Assembly: GCA_009914755.4 (NCBI GenBank)
Contig: CP068257.2
Span: forward strand, 2,880,001 to 2,944,000
DNA from: the human T2T-CHM13v2.0 reference genome, Homo sapiens
Length of the DNA stretch: 64,000 bases
Direction of reading: 5' to 3'
In this document: piece by piece, positions 13,833 through 26,399 of the stretch
Position numbering within the stretch: the stretch's first letter is position 1
How the letters are laid out: every line of letters starts with the position of its first letter
The notes under the pieces: model-generated
The model's input: the letters and a program-made list of their open reading frames with translations, nothing else
Databases searched by the model: none
Told to the model about the DNA's origin: nothing
Made by a program: the position numbers and the translations under genes

Positions 13833-15184
13833 GCCTTTATAATGTTTTATTCTCCCAAGTTCTTCTCAAAAAAGTCAACATCCACCAAGTATCAGCTGAG
13901 ATTTGAACTTCAACCCTGGGCTGAACTCAGTGGCAGGACTCTCCATTCCCAACAAGGGACAAATGGAGAAATAAATGGTGAGAGGGAGGAGCTTGATTCT
14001 GCCCATGCTAATTGGACACCTATTGTGTGCTAGGAAGACACACAGAGGTCAATCCAAATTCCAGCTCCAGCCACAGCAGGACAGCCATGGTGTAGAAGGC
14101 CAAGCCCAGAGGAGGGAGCCTTAGCAAGCGGAGCACCCCTCCATGGAGTATTGACACTCTGTTATTTCAGTTATACTGAAAACTAATAGAAGGTATGAGA
14201 TATTGCACTCAACCATTATGAGCAAGAAAATCCATTCAATCTTCTTTAATTTGGTTAAAACTAACCTTTACTAAAAGGCAGCAAAGAATAATGCTTGTCT
14301 ATGAGAATTTAAAAACATCATAGCAAACCACTCCGTTCTCAGTTTAAGAGGAAAGGCAAAACGCTTGTGTGGGAGAATAAGAAAAAAAATATTTATGTAA
14401 TACTTTGAGTTTCTATTGCTCCTAACCACCATTGCTACATAATTATTCCAAATTATAGCTCTTATTTACCCATCCTACTGTTAAAAAGTACCTCACTGAT
14501 TCTGTAACCCCCAACTAATCCACCCTATAGTCCCTAGATGACCAGAGATGCCTATTATCCTCTGCTTTTTACTGTCACTCTCCCCAGTCCAGCAAACTCA
14601 TTCCTCTTCCTGCATAAGCCTCCTGTGTTTCTGCCTTTTTTTATCTGCACCCTCTGCTGAGATTCTTTTGTCTTCACCCATCCCAAAGCCATCCATACTT
14701 CCACTGCTTGACTAGGGGTAATTATCTCATTCACCCAGCCTAATTTTTAACCTTACCTTCCTGCTCCCACCCTCTCTTCACTCTGAACAAGATTTTACTA
14801 GGTTGTTGTTATGTTCTGGGGTTCGGAGAATCTGACTAGTGTGAGTTTCCCAAGGTAAAGGTAATGCCTTAATAATTTTCACTTTAATTGCTGTTTGCGC
14901 AGTGTTTTGCACAAAATTTAACACAATAATTGCTCCCAGAGTAAATGTATAAATCTTTGCAATGTCTGATTTGACTCCCTTAGAGTTTGGATCTTTTCCC
15001 CTACAACCATCCAGAGTCCTGTCTAACCAAAGTGAAAATGCGGAACTCCCTCTTTCTGGCTGGCATCACTGCTGAGAACGGAAATAAATGCTGTCTATGC
15101 CAACTCCCTAGAACAAGTATAGGTTTCATCTAGACTAGTTTTCAAAATGAGGAAACAGGATGCAGACAAATACTTTATTCCCAC

Positions 15185-16955
15185 TTTTTGGCCTGGGGTT
15201 TATTAACAAGGTGAAATTATACAGAAGAATAAATTAGTTTAGCTGAAAAAAGAAAAAATGTATAGTTAATGGAGGGAAAAAATTGAAAATGCAATAAAAC
15301 CAGAAGATGTTCAGGAATTCAAAGTTGTTGATGCATAGAAATACTACTGGTTTTTGTACATTGGTTTTGTGTCCTAAAACTTTACTTGCTTATCCATTTC
15401 AGGAGGCTTTTCAAGTTTTCTCCAAAAGGAGTTTTGGAAAGACTTTAGCATTGTCTACGTAGTGACTCATAATGCAAATGGAGAAAGAGAATTCAATTTT
15501 TTTTTCTATTTGTATGCCTTTTTCTTTTCTATTGGCTGATTGCTGTGGATAGGACTTTTAAATCTAATTAAATTGTATTTGTTAGATTTTTGTATATTTT
15601 AATATGTCTCCAATTAATTTTATATCTGTATAATGTCCCCTTATAAAGGAATATGTAGCTGTTTTATTTAGTTATTTTATTACTGATGCACATTTGAGTT
15701 TTTTTCAGTTTGGAAAAGTACCAAATAATGCTGCTTAGAGCATTTGTCTGCATTGGAAAATATGCTGGCAATTCTATTGGGTGTATATACCTAGTAGCAG
15801 AGTTGCTTGGTCCTAGAGTGTGCTTATGTACATCGTGTATGTAAGGAGTTACTACTCAAGAGGTTTTGAATGCCGTTATAACAGTTTGCACACAGAATGG
15901 TATAAGAAAGTTCCAGTTGCTTGACATCATCACTAGTACTTAATTTTGTCAGTTTTCAAAAATGTGAATGATTGCATAGTGGTATTCAATTGTAGTTTTC
16001 ATATGCATTGTTCTGATGCATAAGGATGTGGATATGTTCATCTACTTGTTGGCCCTTCGGTTCTGTATGTGGAAATCCTAGTCACATGTTTGCCAATTTT
16101 GTTCAATGTATTGCATCTTTGTTTATTAATTGATGGGATTTAGTTAAATAAACTAGATAAAAGGCTTTTGCCACATCAATATATGACAAATGTTGATTTC
16201 CACTTTGTTCTTGCCTTTCATCTCTCCTGAAGCTTTTTTTTTATGAAGAGAAGGTTTTAATTCTAATAAAGTCCAATTTGTCATATTTTTGTCTTGAGAA
16301 TTAATGCATTTTGTGTCCCAAGAAATCTGGGCCTGTGCCAGTCATGGACATATTTATCTATGTTATCTACTAGAAATATTGTTTTCAGCTTTGACCTTAA
16401 AATTTAAAATCCACTTTTCATTGGAATTTGTTAATAATATAAGATAGGAGTGTTTTTTCTCACATAAATAACTGGTTGACTCAAGGCTATTTACCGAGAA
16501 GACTGTCTTCACTCCTCTTCTGTGCCTGTTTTGTAATATACAAAATGTCCAAATGTGTGAGTCTGAGTTGGACTCTCGAGTTTTTCTAGTTTTCTTTGTG
16601 CCTATTTTTGCATTACTACCATAGATAGCTTTTATTACTATAGCTTTAATCTAAGTCTGAATATATGTCATTTTAAGCTCACAAACTTTGTTATTCTTCA
16701 GGACAGTTTTTACATTTCTTCGATTTTTTATATGTATTTAAATTTTTTAAACTGATTAGACAGTTTCCACAAGATTTCTGCCAAAATATTGTATTGTGAA
16801 AATGGAAATCTATGAATCAATTTAGGGAGAAGTTACATAGAAACAAAGCAAAACAAAACACTAATAACATCCAAAACAAACTTAAAGAGAACACCACAAT
16901 AAGAAAAGAAATTCCCAAATTGGAATAAATATTTACAACTCATGAAATTACAAAT
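15185..16955 (-). mobile_element. Old L1 fragment (arm B mirror of 3130-4900).
   Basis: Reverse complement of the arm A L1 segment. Confidence 0.5.
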
Positions 16956-16991
16956 GGGCTCGCATTTCCATAAAGGGCACTCTCTCTCTCC

Positions 16992-17296
16992 CTCTCTCTC
17001 TCTTTTTTTTTTTTTCCACAGAGACTCACTCTGTCACCCTGTCTTGAGTGCAGACGTGCAATCTCGGCTCACTGCAACCTCTGCCTCCCAAGTTTCAGCA
17101 ATTCTTCTGTCTCAGCCTCCTGAGTAGCTGGGGCTACAGGCTTGTGCCACCATTCCCGGCTAATTTTTTGTAATTTTAGTAGAGACGGGGTTTCACCAGG
17201 TTGGCCAGGCTGGTTTTTAACTCCTGACCTCAAATGATCCGCCCGCCTCAGCCTCTCAAGTGTTGAAATTACAGATGTGAGGCACCACAGCTGACC
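16992..17296 (-). mobile_element. Alu (arm B mirror of 2795-3076), with a flanking (CT)n run and poly-T.
   Basis: ctctctctccctctctctctcttttttttttttttccacagagactcactctgtcaccc...ggctcactgcaacctctgcctccc... Confidence 0.9.
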
Positions 17297-18002
17297 TGTA
17301 AAGACCTCTTAAAAATTAGTTAAAAAACAAACAAAACAGAAAAAGAGAAAGAAGAAACAGCCACTCAGTTAAAAGAAAAAGATAAAGAAAAAGAAAAAGA
17401 AAAGAAAAGAAAAAAAGGCAAAAGACATTATTTTACAGGTCTAGTGCCCTGTGCCCCTCACTGTAATGGGGGTGGATATGGGCTTCACAGGACATGAAAT
17501 TCATCAAACAGTTGCTGGTTGAAGGAGGGAAAATCTTGCGGGACCAGCCTCCAGAACAGAGCCTGTGGTGCACTGTTTCATCCCGTAGCCCTGGTAAGAA
17601 AACCTGGCTGTGCCGTGCTTTATGTTCACCTGCATTTGCCCTGTTCAGAGGCCTGAGCTACCGTGAACACATAAGTCTGCTCAAACTCTCCCCATCCCAA
17701 TATTCTATCTGGTATTGAGCATGACACCCTGTCTTCACTGAGCATGTGTTTATGCAGTTTTGTGACCACCTATCCATTTTACAACAGGAAGACTGAGGCC
17801 CCCAAAAAAGGCAAAGACTGGTCCATATCCCAGAAATTGGGAAGAGCACAGAGTATTAGGGAGGGATCCAGCTTCCAAGGCCTTGCATGCACCCCACCCA
17901 TCAGGTTTGCTTTGGAAATGAGTGCTCCTAAGTCCTGGAAAACCCTGTGGTCTACTTTCTACCTGGGCTTTCTACCCTTTCTTATTCTCACATAGGTGTG
18001 CA

Positions 18003-18050
18003 GCCATGAACACACAAACACACCACACACACACACACACACAGGCTTCT
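18003..18050 (+). repeat. (CA)n microsatellite.
   Basis: cacacaaacacaccacacacacacacacacacacagg. The arm A counterpart at 2040-2100 is a degenerate (TG)n. Confidence 0.85.
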
Positions 18051-19989
18051 AAGGTGGAGATCATGGAGGTGAGGTTAGAGAAGAGGAAACCAGAGAAGTG
18101 ACAAAACGGGAAGAAATAGAAGAGGCAGCTTTGCCATGAGGCAGAGGCATCCACTCCCCCAGCTACATGACCAGGAGCTGACAGCATGCGATGAAGGATC
18201 CTCCAGGTTCCCTGGGTTCTTCCAGGCCTGGGGATCTTCCCAGCTGTTTCAAGAGGACAGGACAGGGGTTGTGACTCCCACCTCTATGGGCACCTGGAAC
18301 TAAAATGAGCTATGCCCTCCCCCAACCACCCCATGTGATATAAAGTGGGGCTACGGGAAAGAAAACCTTCGTTTTCTCTCTCATAAATAGGGGTACTCAA
18401 AAGGAATAATACCAAGAATTCTAGATACTCATAAGTGTCTGCTCCCCTTGGCTCTTCATTGGTAACTCACTGTGCTTTGAGACTCTGGGAAGAGGCTTTT
18501 CAGGTTCTAGAGGTCCTTCAGAGAAGAGAGAGGCCTAGAGATGTGGGCAGATGAGGACTTGGAATAAAGCAGAATGTGACAATGCACTGGGCTCTGGAGT
18601 GTGGGGCCCAGAAAAAATACTAGTTTTTTGGGCTGTCCTTGAGTTCCTCATTCAGAAGTGGAAGAAAATAATGTCTCTGAATGCTGTTAAAATGTTTAAT
18701 GAGTGCACAGCACACTCAAAGAGGCTGAGGAAAATAGGAATCAAGGGAGGTTTCCGAGGTTACTTTTATGGCCCTTGGAGTCTTCAGATACTGCTCCTTT
18801 TCCCAGGGGTCCTTGATTAGCCACTGCCTTGAGAATTCCCCAATGCAGGTGCCTGTTTTGTGATGCTTCCACCTGGGACTTCAGGGCTAGTGGAGGCCTC
18901 TAGGTGGCGGCAGACCCCGTGTTTCTTATGCCCGCTGGACTTTACTGGAGTAGCTGGAGCTAGGGGGGAGAGTCAGCCTGAGGTCCTGCAGCTCCTGTTA
19001 TCATTCATGATCTCCACATTATTGGGTGGCCAAAAGCGGGCAGAAGGGCTTTGTGATTTTCCATGTTATTTTACTCAGCGACTCTTCCCCTAGCACTCAC
19101 CATGTGGCAGCTACCTTGGTAGGTTCACCTTGTGGTACCAAAAATGATTATGTTATCCCTGCCTCCCGGCGGGAGCCCACGGTCTGAGGACTGCAGGACA
19201 AAAACACTAAAGCAAGTACATGTGAAAGAAAAGAGCATTTTATAATGGAAATAAAGTAGAATGTTGGGAGGGAGGGCTGGGGAGAGGTTGCCTGGAGGGG
19301 ACATGAATGCCTCCCTGAGGTGACATTATGTTGTGACCAGAATGACAACAGAGAGCCAGTCCTGCGCAGGTGTGGAAAGTGTGTCAGGGAAAAGCCACTC
19401 TTTGTGAAGAGACTCACAGGCACAGGTGAGTTCAGCAGAGGAGGTTATAACGGGACAATTGTGGCGGCAGGCAGCCTGAGAAAGAAAGGAAAAGAGGGGA
19501 GGGAGGATCCTGGGGACTGAAAGAAGAGATTAGTCATTTGCCCCTCTCTGACAAAATTTCCCTGAATTTTAGCACATGTTGACAACAAATACTATCTCAC
19601 AACTTTTGTGAACCAGAATCTCGATATAGCTTAGTTGGGTGCCTCTGCCTCAAGGTCTCTTACGAGGCTGGGGCTGTGATTTCAACTGAAGCTGGATTTG
19701 AGGAGAGATCAGCCTTCTATCTGCCTCATGGAAACTGGCACGATTCAGTGTGAACTGAGAGCCCGAGTTCCTTCCTCTCGATTGGCCTGGGCATCTCCTC
19801 AGTTCTCTATCATGTGGGTCTGTGCCTAGAGCATCTTAGGACACTGTAGATCACTTCCTCATCTTGAGGATTACAATACAGAGATGGAAAATGAAAGAGA
19901 TAGACAGACATATGCAGAGAAAAAGAGAGAAAGGGAGACAGAGAGATTGAGAGAGGACGCACAGGACAGAGCAAGTAAGAGGAAAATAA

Positions 19990-20400
19990 TAGCTGTTTTA
20001 GAAATATAAATTTGGAAGTTGCAGTAGACTATGTGATTCCCCACCATGTTCACATACCAGAACCTTAATCCCCAGTGTAATGGCCTTAGCAGGTCAGAGG
20101 TAATTAAGTCCAAAGCATGAGGACCTCATGATAGCGATTACGGGCTTTGTAAAAGAAACCGCAGAAGGTTGTCTCTCCCTCTCTCTGCTAAATGAGAAAA
20201 CAACCTGAAGTCTGGAGTTTGAAACTCAGAAGAGAGTCCTTACCAGACCCCAACCATGCTGGAAGCCCAATCTCAAATTTCTGGCCTCTAGAACTAATGT
20301 CTTTTATTTATAAGTTGCCTAGTCTATGTTTTTTGGTATAGAAGTCTGAACTAAGTCAGAAGTGATAACCTATCACATTTGTTGTTTTCCCTTTGACAGA
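19990..20400 (+). mobile_element. MaLR/MLT1-like LTR fragment that straddles the outer end of arm B. Its mirror copy is at window positions 1-110.
   Basis: Characteristic MaLR LTR end, ...ccagaaccttaatccccagtgtaatggccttagcagg...ctagaactaatgtcttttatttataagttgcctagtctatgttttttggtatagaagtctgaactaa. Confidence 0.4.
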
Positions 20401-21039
20401 AACTAGAACCAGGTCCCCAAAGAGTTCATCCAATGACTAGCAGAAATTCTTCAGTTTGCAGAATGACAGATAAGAAAAGATACAACTTGTTGAAAGAATG
20501 AAATTTATTCCACTTATGAGACTTCTAAAAAGTGGCTAAAATTGGTCGGAACCAATATGGTCAACTGGAGTCTGTGTGAAATAAGCTCACTGATGTGAAA
20601 GCCCAAATTTCCATCACATGTTTTGTACTGACTGTCCCCAAATTTGCACATGTGACCTGTGTGTAGCAAGAAAAAATAGTTGTTCATGCCCAGTGATTTT
20701 CCATACATTTTTCCTTTAAGCAATTCCGTACTAATCCAGAACCTACCTCCTAAACCTTTCTGAGAATATTACTACCTTTAAGTAAGCACAGGGAAACAGA
20801 CTTGAGCTGGAATCCCATCTCTTTGTTAGAAACCCGGTGTTATAGTACCTGCTTCTGAGGCACTGAGAGGTGAGCTGCGTTTTAAAATAACAGAGTCACT
20901 CACAACTTAGTGTTGTTGTAAGACTTTGTTGGGGGCGCCCACCACATAGGCTGAGATGAGGCATATACATATGATTCTAAAAATAATGCACAGCACTGGA
21001 ATATTTAATGCCAGAAGACAGTATCTGATTTTCTTTTAA

Positions 21040-21250
21040 TTTCAACCTCTTCTGCTGTGGAATGGAAAATTAAGGCCATATATATAAAATATATATCTTT
21101 TATGTATAAAGATACATAAACTATGTATCTTTTATATATAAAGATATATATGTATAAGTTTATATATTATATATAGTTATATATAATTGATATATATATA
21201 GTTATATATAATATATAAATAAAATTATTTATATACATTATATATATATA
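21040..21250. repeat. TA-rich simple repeat carrying an internal tandem duplication of about 45 bp.
   Basis: atatatataaaatatatatcttttatgtataaagatacataaactatgtatcttttatatataaagatatatatg...tatatatatatatatttttt. Confidence 0.8.
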
Positions 21251-21545
21251 TATTTTTTGAGACACAGTCTCGCTCTGTCACCCAGGCTGGAGTGCAGTGG
21301 CAGGATCATGGCTCAATGTAATCTCTGCTTCCTGGGCTCAAGTGATTCTTACACCTCAGCCTCCTGAGTGGCTGGGATTACAGGCATGCATCAACACATC
21401 TGGCTAATTTTTGGATTTTTAGTAGAGAAGGGTTTTTGCCATGCTGGCCATGGCTGGTTTCAAACCCCTGGCCTTAAGTGTTCCAGCTGCCTTGGTCTAC
21501 CAATCTGCTAAGATTACAGCAAGAGCCACTGCATCCAACCGATTT
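21250..21545 (-). mobile_element. Alu SINE.
   Basis: ttttttgagacacagtctcgctctgtcacccaggctggagtgcagtggcaggatcatggctcaatgtaatctc...gattacagcaagagccactgc. Confidence 0.9.
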
Positions 21546-23289
21546 TGATTCATTCTATCTCATATATCACCAAAGACTGTTTTTGGAAGTTGATGTTAGC
21601 ATAATCCCATTATGCATACTTCAGGGCTGGGGAGACCTGAAGCACACAGTCATTTTCATATGGTCACAGAAATGAAAAGGAAAAGAAGATTTTAACCCAA
21701 CTCTGTTCTCTCAAACCTGGGGCCCTGGCTGCATTTAGAACTTTTTGGGAAGTAAGGGACATAATTGTGTTTGCATAACTGTTTACAGGTAAAGAGTTGA
21801 CATGGGAGAGGAGGGTGAGCAATCAGCAGCCCAGCAGGGACTTTGCATAGATTTATGGAGGAAAAGGGCTCAGGGGATAAAACCTTGAAGAAGTTAACAG
21901 ACTTCCCTTGTGACAAAACCTAACAGAATTTAGAACTTTGGGAACCAGAAACCCACATTCTAGAGACAGCCCTGTATCTAGCTAACTTCTTGGGAGATGC
22001 TTGAGAGGGCACTGTGTTCTCATTGTAGGTTATATTCCCAAGCTGTTGCCTGAGAAAGGCCCAAAGTGAGAGCCTTTTCTGACAGTATACATACTGGCTC
22101 AGCCTACATCCTTGATACCATTGGCCATTCGACAAGAGGCACCCACAGGTAACACAGTGTAGCCCAGGGCAGTTCCGTCCATGCCAGGCCACCTGTGTCA
22201 TCTAATCTGGGCAACCCGACCCTGCCTACAATTACCCTGTGTTGCAAGGGGAGCAGGAAAGGAGGGGGCTTTTCCTCACAGGGGCAGGTTTTAAGACACA
22301 GGAACCCTGGTGGGTCTGTCATGTTCATACCCAGGTCACGGTTGGTGGAATAAAAAGTTGTGAGTTGCGGACCAAGTACGTCTACTCAGATGTGAATCCC
22401 AAGGCCTTAAGCTGTCCTCGGGTTTCCTCATTGGCTGGGGGTCTATGCAGATACTCCTATGTTCCTGATCTAGGAAACAGAATTTCTAATGGAGATGTCA
22501 CCTGGTGGTAAAAACAAAGAAGACAATTAACTTTTTTTGCTGCTGGGAACACTCTTTGTAGAGCTGCATTAAAATCAGTGAGCAGATATTTGATGGGTTC
22601 AAGTCCCCCATCTCCTTGGACAACTGGCAGGTTCACCACACCCCCAAGCATGGCATACAATGAGTTATGGTGAGAGCAGGCACATGGGGGTCTCTACAGA
22701 GAGGGACCTGACAAAACCAGGATGGGCCCAGGATCCAGACCCAAACATGGAATTTCTCTGCACTTTCTCCTAGGGGATTTCCATGAGTGACCCTCAGATC
22801 TACCCCCCAAAAATCTAGCCTTAACTGGTTCCAGTGGCAACCTGGTTAAGTGTAAAGTCCCTTTTTACATTCTTGTAGAAATATCAGAGAAGACCTTTGT
22901 GTTGTTTTTACTTTACACTAGGCTATATTTATTCATGTTACTACAGTTTGTATAGTTTTAATTATTCCCCCCGATATCATCTGTAGCAGGCAGCTTCACG
23001 GTACTGCCAGCCTTTCTCCAAGACTTGAAAGCCACCACTATCACTAATACTCTACAAAAATAGGGAAGAGTTTACATGAAAAAGGGGTTATATTGTTTCC
23101 TGCATTTGTCTGCAATGTGTCATCTAAGAGAACTCATCCCAGTAGCCCATCAGGGCAGAAGTGGTGCCCTCACATATCTTTGTAATGTTATATAATGGAG
23201 GTCACTTCCCAGAGTGGTTTAGCCTTTCAATGGCTATTATTTCTGATCAAAATGGAATAAAACTAGAAATGAATAACAGAACAAAACAA

Positions 23290-24150
23290 AAATAGCAACA
23301 TATATATGGAAATTAAACAACTCACTTTTGAGCATGCTCATGTTTAACGGTTGTAAGACTTAATATTATGAATAATGCTTATGATGTCTAAAGCGAGTTA
23401 CAGATTCAATGCAATCCCTTTTAAATTAAGAATTTTTTTTTGAAATAGAAAAAGGAACCAACAAATTATATGGAATGTCAAGCGACCATAAAGAGCCCAA
23501 AAATGTTTAAAAAAAAAACAATGTTAGTGACCTCACCTTTTCTGATTTCAAAGCACATTACAAAGCAACAGCAATGAAAACAGTTTGTTTCTGGCATAAA
23601 GACAGACAATTTTTCCAATAAAACAGAAGGTAGCAAACATGTAAACCTCACACATATGAGCAAATAGCTATTTGCATACCAATATTCATTGGAGCATTAT
23701 TCAGAAAGGCCAATAGGTGAAAGCAACACAAACTTTCCTCATAGGATGAATAAATAAATACAATTTGTAATATAAAAGTAATGGAATATTACTTAGCTTT
23801 TAAAGGCAGAAAATCTTGTACCATCCACAATAAAGAGGAATCTTGAGAACATAATGCTAAGTAAAATTAGTCACAATAAAACAGATACTCTATGATTCTA
23901 CTTATATGTAATATCTAAAGTATTGAAACTTAGAACCAGAAAATAGAATGATTTTTATCATGAGCCAGGTGGTAAGGACAATGGGTAGTTGTCATTTCAT
24001 GTGTACTGAGTTTTAGTTTTGCAAAAGAAAAAATTTTACAAATATGTTGCATAACAATGTAAATACACTTAACATGACTGAACTGTATAAGAAAAAATAT
24101 TAAAGATTCTAAATTTTATGTTATGTATTTTTACCACAATGGAAATTAAA
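23290..24150 (+). mobile_element. Old L1 3' fragment.
   Basis: L1 3'-end motifs (...gacaatttttccaataaaacagaaggtagcaaacatgtaaacc...tttacaaatatgttgcataacaatgtaaatacacttaacatgactgaactgtat...ttatgttatgtatttttaccacaat). Confidence 0.6.
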
Positions 24151-24165
24151 AATGACACCCAAGGG

Positions 24166-24465
24166 CCAAGAGTGATCACTCATGCCTGTAATCCCAGCAC
24201 TCTGGGAGGCTGAGGCATGCAGGTTACTTGAGGCCATAAGTTCAAGACCAGCCTGGCCAACATGGTGAAACCCCAGCTTCATGAAAAATACAAAAATTAG
24301 CCAGGCGCGGTGGTGCACAACTTTAATGCCAGCTACTCAAGAGGCAGCAGCTGGAGAATTGCTTTAACCTGGGAGGTAGAGGTTGCAGTGATCCAAGATT
24401 GTGCCACTGCACTTTGGCAACAGGGTGAGAGTCTGTCAAAAGAAAAAAAAAAAAAAATGACACCC
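24166..24465 (+). mobile_element. Alu inserted into the L1 tail.
   Basis: ggccaagagtgatcactcatgcctgtaatcccagcactctgggaggctgagg...gcactttggcaacagggtgagagtctgtcaaaagaaaaaaaaaaaaaaa. Confidence 0.9.
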
Positions 24466-24479
24466 GAAGAGACAGAGTT

Positions 24480-25950
24480 ACAAAGTTTCTGAAAAATTAT
24501 CTTCAAATCGCATAAATCTTTCTTTCACACTAAGATAATATAAACAATAGATGTTGAAATTAAGACAATTTCCATGATTACTCACTTAGACAGAATAAAT
24601 TATTGGCCATCAAATAAGAAGAAAATATACAAGTCATAAACAAAATAGGGGCAATATTTATACAGGCAAACAAACAGTGAAATCATTATATTAACAAAAG
24701 ACATAGGGATGGTTCATATTTGACTTCTGCCCCACACTGTCTTAATGCATACAGAGTTGAATATTGTTATACAATATTATATTATACAAATTAAAACTTA
24801 AAACAATAAACTAATATAAGGTGCCCTACCCTAAAACATGAAACACAGAAATGTAAAATTGCAAAACAAAGTTAAAATAAACATTAACCCCCAAATTCTT
24901 ATTTGAATAATGAAATTCAAAATCATAATAAATAGGTAGAAAGTAAAAACACAATTAACTGATGTGAGACAGCCTACTCTAAAAAATACAGAAACATAAA
25001 ATTATAAAACATAATTAAGAGAAACTTTAATCCATAAAATCCTGAATAAACATAGTGTCCAAATGAAAAAGAATCCTAGGTAACTACAATTTTTAACTCT
25101 TCCTGTGAATCTATGAAAAGTATGAATTTTGAATTATTTGGATACAGTTAGGACAACAACATTTCAGAGAAAACACATTATAATTATTACAAAGAGCTGT
25201 GATGAGAAAGTTTTAAGGAATAAGCATTTAAGTAATACTAGAGAAAGTTTTAAATTATGCTACTGATGCATTGCTGCTTTTCTTACACAAAACGGTAAGG
25301 CTGTAATCTAGCTTTTAATTGAAAAGTATTACATTTCTAAATATGGTAACAATATAAATATTGTAAATATAGTATAAAACATTGACATATAAAATAAAAA
25401 TTGGAAATAAATTGTACTATTAGTCAAATAAAAGTTGGGAAAACTGGAAGAAGATGCTAATAGTAACATTGTGCCTAGAGTCAATTAAACATACAAGCCA
25501 AATATTTTAATAAATTATAAATTATATAATTTATACATAATATATACATTTGAGCATGCTATTTTACAACTTCTGAAAGGAAATTACAGACAAATGTGAC
25601 ATATGATAATTTAGAAAGTGAAAACACAGTCATAGTAATCTTCATATTAAAGAAGACAGAATCATAAAATACTAAGTGAGAAATAAGGTAATAATTGTGA
25701 ATTCAATATATGTTGAACAATATTCTAATTTCCCTTACGGAAAAAGTTTTTGTAAGAAATCAGTAGAATGAGTACATACAATAAACCATCCTACAGTAGA
25801 GGCTGTTGGCATATAGAGTTTACATTTCTATGATTAGGTCCTACTAAGAAAAAGGAAATTTTAAAATAAAATACTTAGATTTTCCTATTTAATAAGATAA
25901 TTTTTGCCTATAAAGTTTTTCTGTCTAATTTTCTTGTAGAATTAGGTTTT
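24480..25950 (-). mobile_element. AT-rich degenerate L1-derived sequence.
   Basis: Composition and scattered similarity to L1. No intact ORF. Confidence 0.3.
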
Positions 25951-26399
25951 AGTCGTCGTAAAACTTGACATTATGAAGCAGAAAACAGGTGTCATCTGTC
26001 TCTGGTGTTCCTGGAATTTCTAACCCAAATGCCAATTCCTCCACAACTCCCCTCACACACTTCTGAATTGAAGCACAACAGATTTATTAAAAATGGCATA
26101 ACAGCGGTCTCCAGACATGTGCAGAGATTTTCCCAGATCCCCAAAAGCAATGACAAACTATTCAGATCATTTAGGTTCTCACAAGATACTGGGAGGACTT
26201 TGGCTTTCAGTGTGAATGCACTGGAAGATTCTAAGAGAGAGGGAGAGAGAGAGAATGTGTGTGTGTTGAAATCAGAACCCCACCTTATGTGTTTATTGTG
26301 GAAATTGAAAATGAAAGCCTAAAGTTGAAAATTAAAATCACACATGATAGCACATTGCAAACTATTTTCTGTGCTAGATGGGTCGTTCTAGGGTGTAGG

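Larger units (their letters stand above)
12950..20110 (-). repeat. Inverted-duplication (palindrome) arm B.
   Basis: See arm A. The inner boundary was found by eye alignment: 12950-13020 is the reverse complement of 6995-7052, and homology is lost beyond that point. Spot-checked identity ranges from about 90% to about 99.5%. Arm B carries an extra block of about 75 bp near 13090-13165 relative to arm A. Confidence 0.85.

Noticed and set aside
22100-22660. Cluster of ORFs of 67-93 aa on both strands.
   Set aside because: There is no repeat or gene homology that I recognise. The density is what is expected for moderately GC-rich unique DNA, and I see no splice-site or conservation evidence.
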